DNA of 64,000 bases from a virus, in IMG/VR virus record IMGVR_UViG_3300031977_002889, one strand, 5' to 3'. Shown in pieces: positions 56,165 to 64,000 of the stretch. Under the pieces are notes generated by a model, which was not told where the DNA came from, made no database searches, and saw nothing but the letters and a program-made list of their open reading frames with translations. The position numbers and the translations under genes are program-made. Within the stretch, counting starts at the first letter, position 1. Each line of letters opens with the position of its first letter.

Positions 56165-58116
56165 TTTCCAGACAATTTAAATTCATATTGAAACGATTTA
56201 TCAATTTTATTAAGAAATGCATCTTCATTTGTCTTAAGATCATATGTATTATGAATAGTATAATTACCATCTCGATCAATATCAAAATTAATTAAAGATT
56301 TATAATTATAAAATTTACCTTTATCAAACATATATTCAAATTCAGTTATATCTAAATCTGTAGTATCATATTTTAACTTAATTTTATATCCACCTCTAGC
56401 TCTCCATATCATTCTCAATAATACAAAGACTTCATTCATGGCTGAATTTGCAAAATTTCCTAAATCAGATTTAATAATGTTATAATCAAAATCGTATTCG
56501 TATTCTAATTCATTATTAAATTTAGATTCGTCTTGAAACTCAATGCTAAAGTGTTTTAAAACATTTCCATTTTCATGTGAATTTAAAATTCTTTTATTTT
56601 TATTATCACCGTGTATAACAAATGGCTTTTCAAATTCGTTACAAATTTTAATCCAAATATGCATATGTTTGACTCTTAAATACCGATGAAATCTAGTATT
56701 TTTAAGATCTTTAGTGTACCAAGCTCCAAACCATGGGTTATCTCTTTCATTTAGATTAAATTTTTCTCTATCGTCGTACGCAGTACCTGGAATATCCCAC
56801 AATCCAGTGCCAGGTGCAATTGAATGAATTCTTCTTCTATGATTCCACAATAAATTAAGGCTATGAGCAAATGCTTCATGATCTTCTTCTGGTGCTCCAA
56901 TAATCCATAACGCTACAGTATTAACATTATGTTTTTCTCCAGAAATAATATTTGCATTAATATCTTCGATAGTATTTTTCTTATTAATAGCATCTAATAC
57001 TTTTTGACTACCCGATTCGAATCCATAATTAAAACTTCTTCCACCAGCTTTATAAATCAATTTATAAAATTCATCATCCATTCTTTTATCAGCACGAAGA
57101 TATCCAACCCAACTAATAATACCATCTGGATCTTTTTCTATTTTATATTCTAAGAATCTTTTGAATTCTCTAATATTTCCATTCATTAAGCTATCGGCAA
57201 AAAATACAAATGTTGTACCATGTTGTTCATATTGATACATCATTTCATCTACAACTTTTACACCGTCACGATCTCTAAATTTCCAATACCATACTTCTTG
57301 GCAATATGTACAACGCGCTACACAACCTCTGGTTAATTCTGTACAAACAGAATTTGAAAGTTTGTACATTTCTAATGGAAAATCACTATAATCTGGAAAA
57401 GGAAAACTGTCTAAGTCAGCTCTTTTTTTTCCATATAAACCACCAATAACTTTGCTTTTTGGTTTAATACCCATTTCCCAATCGTCTAAAAAGTCAAATA
57501 GATTTTGTTCTGATTCTCCAATAAATGAATAATCAACCCAAGGGCGTACTGCACTTCCATCCTCGCGTGATTGCCATTTCTCATCCATACATTCTGGGCC
57601 ACCATATAATATGGTAACATCAGGCCGATTTTCTTTTATTTTTTGCGCAACATAATCTGTAGAATGGATATTTGTGTGATAAACAGTAAATCCAATTATA
57701 TCAGTTTCAATAGATAATAATTCTTCAACATATTCATCTAAAAAATCTTGATATGATGGTAATATTTTTTCTTCAAATCTATCAACAGAATCCCACCACC
57801 AATAACTACTTGGTTCCCATGCATCTTTCATTGCGGGATCTTCAAATCTTAAATACTGATATGAATCAATATTAAAATCAAATCCGTATGTTTTATATCC
57901 AGCCGTTCTAGTAATTGCAATAAGTCTTGCTAAATTATATGGAGGCATTAATGGAGCCCACATACCCATGATAACAAAGGCAATACTTGTTTTACGAGTA
58001 CCATGTTGAATTTTTATTGATTCAACACCTTGCCGTTTTTTTCTTATATCTTTAGATATTTCTACTGGAGCTGTAGATAGCAATAAGCTATCGTTATTTG
58101 TTTTATCTAAACTCAT
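56158..58116 (-). CDS. Cobalamin-dependent (class B) radical SAM enzyme
   Basis: B12-binding domain (PPY.LA.L, IIGFT, YGGP, GESE); TRGCVARCTYC; DSL.NG; G.ESGSQKVL..I.K. Confidence 0.88.
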   Translation of the reverse strand: MSLDKTNNDSLLLSTAPVEISKDIRKKRQGVESIKIQHGTRKTSIAFVIMGMWAPLMPPYNLARLIAITRTAGYKTYGFDFNIDSYQYLRFEDPAMKDAWEPSSYWWWDSVDRFEEKILPSYQDFLDEYVEELLSIETDIIGFTVYHTNIHSTDYVAQKIKENRPDVTILYGGPECMDEKWQSREDGSAVRPWVDYSFIGESEQNLFDFLDDWEMGIKPKSKVIGGLYGKKRADLDSFPFPDYSDFPLEMYKLSNSVCTELTRGCVARCTYCQEVWYWKFRDRDGVKVVDEMMYQYEQHGTTFVFFADSLMNGNIREFKRFLEYKIEKDPDGIISWVGYLRADKRMDDEFYKLIYKAGGRSFNYGFESGSQKVLDAINKKNTIEDINANIISGEKHNVNTVALWIIGAPEEDHEAFAHSLNLLWNHRRRIHSIAPGTGLWDIPGTAYDDREKFNLNERDNPWFGAWYTKDLKNTRFHRYLRVKHMHIWIKICNEFEKPFVIHGDNKNKRILNSHENGNVLKHFSIEFQDESKFNNELEYEYDFDYNIIKSDLGNFANSAMNEVFVLLRMIWRARGGYKIKLKYDTTDLDITEFEYMFDKGKFYNYKSLINFDIDRDGNYTIHNTYDLKTNEDAFLNKIDKSFQYEFKLSGKW

Positions 58117-58118
58117 GA

Positions 58119-59300
58119 CTAAATCAAATTGTGTAAATTCTTATCGTTTTCTAATAAAGCTATACACTTATCTATAGCTTTTTGGGCGTCTTGTAAATAC
58201 TCTGGCCATTCACCAAAAACTTCATGCGGCTTTGGTACATCATTAGTCCAATAATGTCTTATTTTATTAATAATACTTTGTATTTTTTCTTTACCTAATA
58301 ATTCATGACTTAAGTCTTCTGTGTGTTCACGTGATCTTCTATGGTATTGATTAATAAAACACTTAAATTCGTTATCAATTGCGAACTTAAAAAATTGATC
58401 TATATTTTCAGCATTAATATTTAATAATACTGCATTAATTGTAATATTATCAGATCCAATTTGTTCTTTAAATTTTTTTACATTACTAAAAGTTTGTTTA
58501 TGAGTTCCACCTACTCTAATAATTGGATACTCTTCTGGCATTACTGTGTCTAAAGAAATACTTAACTTAAGATTATTTTCTTTACAAATTTTTTCTACTT
58601 TTTTATTATATACACTTCCATTAGTACAAACTTGAACTTCGATATTTGGGTTAAGATTTGATATAATTTCACAAATACTATAAAAGGCTTTATGAGCAAA
58701 AGGTTCACCACCAACAAATCTAAATTCTTTTAAATGTGGAACAAATTCTTCAAGTTCTTTTAGTATTTGATTCATATTGTCATCGTCGTCAAATACATTT
58801 TCTGGCCAAGGTCCTAAATGTTTATCTCTACCAAGCATATGTTTAGAAGACAAATAACCGAAACACATTGGACACGCCATATTGCAAAGATTTGAAATCT
58901 CCCATTCAACAATTTTTGGCCAAGAATCTGGATCCATTGCATGCTCTAGTCTTTCATCACCAACATTCCAATCATACTCATTAACAGGCGGTTGAATATC
59001 GTTTGCAATTCTGTTACCACATGTTGGATTACAACCACGATGCATAGTTTGCTTTTCGAACATAGATTCTTGTACACTAGCATTTAGCGATTCTTCACCG
59101 AACCAATAATCTTTTAAACTAAACTTTCCACTGACCCATTTTTCATTATGACCAAAAAAACAACATGGTTGAAGACCACCATCTCTACGAATTCGTAAAT
59201 GATTAAATGGTGCATAGCAACTTATAATTTTATCTTTAAAAGGAATTGCTCTTGAGTCTTGAAATTTAACCCAACTTTGTAAATCTATTTTATTCGACAT
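58119..59300 (-). CDS. Radical SAM protein with N-terminal SPASM/twitch-like Cys cluster
   Basis: CYAPF...G...PCC...C..C; SNLCNMACPMC; GGEPF; TNG. Confidence 0.87.
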   Translation of the reverse strand: MSNKIDLQSWVKFQDSRAIPFKDKIISCYAPFNHLRIRRDGGLQPCCFFGHNEKWVSGKFSLKDYWFGEESLNASVQESMFEKQTMHRGCNPTCGNRIANDIQPPVNEYDWNVGDERLEHAMDPDSWPKIVEWEISNLCNMACPMCFGYLSSKHMLGRDKHLGPWPENVFDDDDNMNQILKELEEFVPHLKEFRFVGGEPFAHKAFYSICEIISNLNPNIEVQVCTNGSVYNKKVEKICKENNLKLSISLDTVMPEEYPIIRVGGTHKQTFSNVKKFKEQIGSDNITINAVLLNINAENIDQFFKFAIDNEFKCFINQYHRRSREHTEDLSHELLGKEKIQSIINKIRHYWTNDVPKPHEVFGEWPEYLQDAQKAIDKCIALLENDKNLHNLI

Positions 59301-60426
59301 ATAATTTAGGTTCTAATAATGTTATTGTTTTGTTGACTGCTTCAATAAATGAATCACTTAATTGTAAATGATGCTTTTTTCGAATCCATTTATTTTGTAA
59401 TATATCTATAACTTCTCTTCGTTGATATATGTCAACATTAGAAACATTCCAATCAATTGTATGTTCTCTACCGTGTCTATCGTAACCGTTAATAAATGGT
59501 TCAAAGTTATTATCAAACGCATATTGAAAAAACGTATCAATATTTAAACAATTAATAGACATTAAAGTTGAGTTGATTTTAATATTATCTGATCCTAATA
59601 CATTTTTAAATTTTTGAATATTGCCTAAAGTTTCAGAATGAACACCACCAATTCGTATTTTATCGTATTCATCTTTTATTACAGTATCTAAAGACATAGA
59701 TAATTTCATATTCAAAAGTTTAGCAAACTTATCTACCTTTGTGTTATAAATGCTTCCATTTGTTGTAATATCAATGATCATGTCGGGGTTTAATTTTGTC
59801 ACAAGCTCAGCTATTCTATAAAAACCTTTATGCGCAAAAGGTTCTCCACCAGTAAATCGAATAGTATGTAAATAAGGAATAAACTCTTCTAATTCAATTA
59901 ATAATTGTTCTAAATTTTCATCATCATCAAAAGTATTTTGATCGTATTTTTTTAAATCTTTATCCCGACCTAGCATATGTTTTGAACTTAATTCGCCCAT
60001 ACACATTACACATGCCATATTACATAGATTTGAAATTTCAAATTCAAATACTTTTGGCCAAGAATCTGGATCCATTGCATGCTCTAGTCTTTCATCACCA
60101 ACATTCCAATCATAATCGTATATCGGTGGAGGCAATAATTTATTAATCCTACTACCACAAGATTTTACACAACCTTTACTTAAGCCACCTTCAAGAAAAT
60201 CATCTTGATATTCTTCATTCACTCCACCAAACCAATAATCTTTTAAACTGGTTTTTCCTTTTTCCCATTTTTGATGAGAAGTTGAAAAACAGCACGGCAT
60301 CATCATACCATTTCTTTTAATGCGCATATGATTAAAAGCGGCATAACAAGTTATGGTCTTATGATGCCGTGGAATATTTCGTTTTTGCTGAAAAAAATCT
60401 TTTGCGAATTTTTCAATTTCAATCAA
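59290..60426 (-). CDS. Radical SAM protein, close paralog of 58119..59300
   Basis: CYAAF...PCC...C..SC; SNLCNMACVMC; GGEPF; TTNG. Confidence 0.87.
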   Translation of the reverse strand: MIEIEKFAKDFFQQKRNIPRHHKTITCYAAFNHMRIKRNGMMMPCCFSTSHQKWEKGKTSLKDYWFGGVNEEYQDDFLEGGLSKGCVKSCGSRINKLLPPPIYDYDWNVGDERLEHAMDPDSWPKVFEFEISNLCNMACVMCMGELSSKHMLGRDKDLKKYDQNTFDDDENLEQLLIELEEFIPYLHTIRFTGGEPFAHKGFYRIAELVTKLNPDMIIDITTNGSIYNTKVDKFAKLLNMKLSMSLDTVIKDEYDKIRIGGVHSETLGNIQKFKNVLGSDNIKINSTLMSINCLNIDTFFQYAFDNNFEPFINGYDRHGREHTIDWNVSNVDIYQRREVIDILQNKWIRKKHHLQLSDSFIEAVNKTITLLEPKLYVE

Positions 60427-61639
60427 ATTTATAATCCTTTAGATAAGGAGCCAATTCATATATATCTTCATTATTTTCTCTTGCAACTAAGCAAAAGTCA
60501 ATCCATTGAACCATTCTTCTTTGAATGGTGCCTCGTCCAGATAGATCTGGTTTTACACTTAAAATATTATTTACACCACTTACAACCAGTCTATCGCTTA
60601 AATATAAAGTATCATTTGCTTTTTTATAGCTTTTTAAATAGTTAAAAAAGTTATCAAGACCTTCTTTAATATGATGTTCATGTAAATATAATGGAGAACA
60701 ATATTTTGGAAATGTAACTAAATTAGCCATACTAATTCTATCAACGCCATCAACATCTTTCCAAAAATCAATCAATTCAGGTAAATGCATCCAATTATAA
60801 ATTGATATTGTAGATACGATTACAACCTTTCTTCCTTCAACAGCATGATAGCGATTAATATTATTTAAAGTTCTTTTAAAATTGCCACCACGAATCCAAT
60901 TATATAACTCGTGCACACCGTCGATGCTTGCTTGAATATGTACTTCTTTTAATCTGTGTAGTAATTGAATAACAGTATTTGTTACCAGTTGAAAATTTGT
61001 ACAAATTTCTACTCTACATGTGGGGTTTGTATTTGCGAGTTTTTCTAGTATTTTAATATTATTTGGATCAGCAAATGGTTCACCACCTTTAATTGTAAGA
61101 TGCTGTAAACCTGGAACGATTTTTAGTATCTTATCTACATCAACATCAGTCATTTTATACATTTCTGTATGAAATTTATGATTCTCATCTCTCCAATGTA
61201 ATCCAGATTCAACTGCCATTTTTTCATATGGAGCCCATTTATGTGAATATTTACCTGAACAAGTTACACACATTTGATTACAAATATTGCTCGTGGTAAT
61301 TTCTAAAAATCGAATGGGTCGTGAATCTTTTTCAATGTCTTCTTCATATGTTGGAAACTCAAATCTATTATAAGAATCAAATCTTGCAATTCTTCCAGCT
61401 TTATGGTGTATTACACATACATCGCACTGTGGTGGATAGTTATTATTTTTAAAATTATGACGAATCTCATCGTATACATTAGAATTGAAAAATTCTTCAA
61501 CGTCATCGATATCTTTAATATGTGATACTGCTACATTGTCTCCAGCACAACATAATACAATTTCTCCTAATGGATTAATTGTTAAACCAGTTTCTGGAAC
61601 TAAACATTTCATCGAGCAATTACCATATGACGATTCCAT
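60419..61639 (-). CDS. Radical SAM protein with N-terminal SPASM/twitch-like Cys cluster (probable start MKCLVP)
   Basis: C..P...G...LCC...C..C; SNICNQMCVTC; GGEPF; TN; SIDG. Confidence 0.87.
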   Translation of the reverse strand: MESSYGNCSMKCLVPETGLTINPLGEIVLCCAGDNVAVSHIKDIDDVEEFFNSNVYDEIRHNFKNNNYPPQCDVCVIHHKAGRIARFDSYNRFEFPTYEEDIEKDSRPIRFLEITTSNICNQMCVTCSGKYSHKWAPYEKMAVESGLHWRDENHKFHTEMYKMTDVDVDKILKIVPGLQHLTIKGGEPFADPNNIKILEKLANTNPTCRVEICTNFQLVTNTVIQLLHRLKEVHIQASIDGVHELYNWIRGGNFKRTLNNINRYHAVEGRKVVIVSTISIYNWMHLPELIDFWKDVDGVDRISMANLVTFPKYCSPLYLHEHHIKEGLDNFFNYLKSYKKANDTLYLSDRLVVSGVNNILSVKPDLSGRGTIQRRMVQWIDFCLVARENNEDIYELAPYLKDYKFD

Positions 61640-62262
61640 TCTCCATTACTTTGTGAATTAGCAAAATCAGGAGACCAAAACATATTATCATCATTTGGCC
61701 AACGAAAAGATTTTTCAAGATCTTTATACGTTGAATGTGGATTAATATGTGTTTTATGAGGCATATTTGTTGATTGAAGAACAACCCAACAATCTTTATC
61801 TTTTTTATTAATCATATCTTGAATAATATTATGAGGAATATGTTCTACACTAGTACAAAAAATAGCTGAAATACCTTCGTAGTCATTTTCATTTGCATTT
61901 TGTAAAGCTAATGTTTTAAATTCAATATTGTTATCTGAAAACAATTTATATCCGAGTTTAGCACATTTAGGATCCATATCAGATGATATGATATGGTAAC
62001 CTTCATCAAATCTTTTTCTAAGTTGATATGCCAATAACCCATACCAACCTCCAATTATTAATATTTTACCAGTAGTTTGTTGTGTTACTTGTTCGTATAA
62101 ATTGTAAAAAATATCCGCAGCCCATTGCTTATTTCGCCAATGATTTACATCTAATGAATGAATAACATCTTTAATACGAAATATATCTTTATCACCATAT
62201 TCAGATTCAACGTAAATTTCTTCAATTAATTTTAATGCTTTATTTAAAATCGATACATCCAA
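61609..62262 (-). CDS. Class I SAM-dependent methyltransferase-like protein
   Basis: IIGGWYG Gly-rich loop, S.D.DP.C, TS.EH. Confidence 0.7.
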   Translation of the reverse strand: MDVSILNKALKLIEEIYVESEYGDKDIFRIKDVIHSLDVNHWRNKQWAADIFYNLYEQVTQQTTGKILIIGGWYGLLAYQLRKRFDEGYHIISSDMDPKCAKLGYKLFSDNNIEFKTLALQNANENDYEGISAIFCTSVEHIPHNIIQDMINKKDKDCWVVLQSTNMPHKTHINPHSTYKDLEKSFRWPNDDNMFWSPDFANSQSNGEWNRHMVIAR

Positions 62263-62863
62263 AATCTAATTCCTCAAATGTAACCACAGGTGCTTCTTTT
62301 TCATCTTCATACTTATATGACCATGTATAATCAAATGGAAAAAATCTTAAAGAATCCTTAAAGTCTTCATGAATAATATATCTATCTATACCAGCATACT
62401 TGCGTAAAAAATAGTCACGATATCCTGAATTTTCAAAATGAATCCAAAGTTTGTGCAATTCTACATTATTAGCATCCCATGCCATTACAGAAGAATTTAT
62501 TTTAACATCGTAATTTGTAAGACGAATTAGCTCATCGTCTTTAAAATGAGAATATAATAAATTTAAATATTCCCAATCAACATCTACTTCAAATGGATTT
62601 CCTCGAATTACTATATCTATATCAAAATACCACGTTTTACCAGATATTGGAAACTCTTTAGAAAACATGTAAAGTTTATTCCAAACATCTGGTAAATATA
62701 AATTTTCGGGAATAGGAATTATATTTAATCCATCAACATCTATAGATTGATCTGTAAAACAATAATAATTATATTCTGGACCATATTGTTTTACATCATT
62801 ATATAATTTTTCAACTTGAGTAGAATTATATTTATTACCCCATAATACAAATAGTACATTCAT
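62240..62863 (-). CDS. GT-A glycosyltransferase-like protein
   Basis: WG.KY, CFTD, WNKL.MF, YFDID (DxD), NSSVM.W, GID.YI, SYK. Confidence 0.75.
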   Translation of the reverse strand: MNVLFVLWGNKYNSTQVEKLYNDVKQYGPEYNYYCFTDQSIDVDGLNIIPIPENLYLPDVWNKLYMFSKEFPISGKTWYFDIDIVIRGNPFEVDVDWEYLNLLYSHFKDDELIRLTNYDVKINSSVMAWDANNVELHKLWIHFENSGYRDYFLRKYAGIDRYIIHEDFKDSLRFFPFDYTWSYKYEDEKEAPVVTFEELDFGCIDFK

Positions 62864-63921
62864 TTTTTAAGAGTCTCTAGCTCATTCAATACTAATTTAA
62901 TTAAAGAATTAACATCTTTTGCTTTACGAACTTTAGATTTAAAGGATTTATCAGAGTTTTTAAGTTGTGGTTTTGCTAATATTTCTAATTTAGATTTAAA
63001 TAGTGTTTCTTTATCTGCGTCTTCATTAAAAATAGTATCAAAAATATTCATACCATATAACTGTTGATATTTATCGTAGTTTTGTTGCATGCGCTCTTTC
63101 ATTTCGTCCATTCGTGCAACAAAATCTTTTTTCAAACCAGTATTTAAATCAATACGTTCAGTTTCTACATCTTTCTTTAATTCAGTACGTTCAATTTCTA
63201 ATTCTTGAGTTGCTTTAGAATGTTCATCATAGAGATCGGCTAAACTTTCTGATGCTTGCTGTTGTTCCTTATATAATTCACCTAAAGTGCCTGATGCTTG
63301 CTGCTGTTCTTGATATAATTCACCTAAAGTGCCTGATGCTTGCTGCTGTTCTTGATATAATTCACCAAGAGTACCAGCAGCATTTTGTTGTTCTTGATAT
63401 AATTCACCAAGAGTACTAGACGCATGTTGCTGTTCTTGATATAATTCGCCAAGAGTACTAGATGCATGTTGCTGTTCTTGATATAATTCGCCAAGAGTAC
63501 TAGATGCATGTTGCTGTTCTTGATATAAATCATTCAAAGTACGAGCAGCTTGTTGTTGTTCTTGATATAAATCTTGTAGATTTGACATCACGTCTTTTTG
63601 CTCTTGATACAAATCTTTTAATTGACTTTTTAAATCGTCAAATTGTGCTTGTTTATCTTTTAATTGAGAAACAGCCCAAGAATATCCACCTGCAATTTTT
63701 TCAACTAATCTTACTGAAGGATCTTCAATGCTTTGAAGTTCCTTTGTTCTTTCTTTAATTTTTTGAAGAGACCATCCACTTTCAATTAAAGATTTATAAG
63801 ATTCTTTACGTGGATTTTTTTGAATATTAGTTACTAAAACATCATTACCTTCTTTATGGGTAACTTTAATAGTTTTTTCAGTAATAAATTCAGCACTCAA
63901 TACGTTTTCTGATGTAAACAT
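62860..63921 (-). CDS. Repeat-containing coiled-coil protein, long paralog of 55697..56164
   Basis: 353 aa with ten 14-aa L(G/x)(E/D)LYQEQQxxSxT repeats between shared N- and C-terminal domains. Confidence 0.75.
   Translation of the reverse strand: MFTSENVLSAEFITEKTIKVTHKEGNDVLVTNIQKNPRKESYKSLIESGWSLQKIKERTKELQSIEDPSVRLVEKIAGGYSWAVSQLKDKQAQFDDLKSQLKDLYQEQKDVMSNLQDLYQEQQQAARTLNDLYQEQQHASSTLGELYQEQQHASSTLGELYQEQQHASSTLGELYQEQQNAAGTLGELYQEQQQASGTLGELYQEQQQASGTLGELYKEQQQASESLADLYDEHSKATQELEIERTELKKDVETERIDLNTGLKKDFVARMDEMKERMQQNYDKYQQLYGMNIFDTIFNEDADKETLFKSKLEILAKPQLKNSDKSFKSKVRKAKDVNSLIKLVLNELETLKK
63203..63621 (-). repeat. Ten tandem 42-nt repeats (14 aa)
   Basis: ttgctgttcttgatataattc(a/g)cc..agt recurring at 42 nt period. 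Confidence 0.92.
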
Positions 63922-63941
63922 AATAAACCTTTATAATTTAA

Positions 63942-64000
63942 TTAAACCGTAGTATTAGGATCTAATACTAATGCAAATTGTCTTTGTACACTTACGGTTC
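63942..64000 (-). CDS. 3' end of a gene running in from beyond the window
   Basis: Open frame ...TVSVQRQFALVLDPNTTV-stop. Confidence 0.4.
   Translation of the reverse strand, partial: TVSVQRQFALVLDPNTTV

Noticed and set aside
63203-63621. CRISPR-like array
   Set aside because: Repeats are contiguous 42-mers in frame within an ORF, with no unique spacers and no cas genes
48936-63921. DNA hypermodification pathway
   Set aside because: No thymidylate-synthase-like hydroxymethylase, queuosine-pathway or recognisable DNA-glucosyltransferase genes in the window; cannot be excluded from the rest of the genome

Overview
A 64 kb segment of a large, AT-rich, T4-like myovirus genome, probably marine. 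The host cannot be determined from this window. Almost all genes lie on the minus strand. From low to high coordinates it contains: (1) replication/recombination core (regA, gp62/44/45, gp46/47, gp55, uvsW, uvsY); (2) head/tail morphogenesis block (gp3, gp23 to gp13); (3) a four-domain glycosyltransferase/methyltransferase and an unannotated Cys/His-rich peptide; (4) about 18 kb of fibre/virion genes with Gly-rich, collagen-like and five type-1-copper (cupredoxin-like) modules and heavy Asp-Ser enrichment; (5) two plus-strand glycosyltransferase-like genes; (6) a four-tRNA array containing an unannotated CCA-terminated pseudoknotted RNA; (7) small early genes (glutaredoxin, IscA-like); (8) a kinase/glycosyltransferase/methyltransferase cluster; (9) a four-enzyme radical SAM cluster bracketed by two paralogous proteins, one carrying ten 14-aa repeats. 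Best candidates for undescribed biology: the radical SAM/repeat-protein locus, a possible virion glycosylation system acting on Asp-Ser motifs, the tRNA-array ncRNA, a twice-repeated antisense promoter driving an AGGAGAGG-loop hairpin, and a circularly permuted copper domain. All family calls come from motif recognition by eye; no database search was run.
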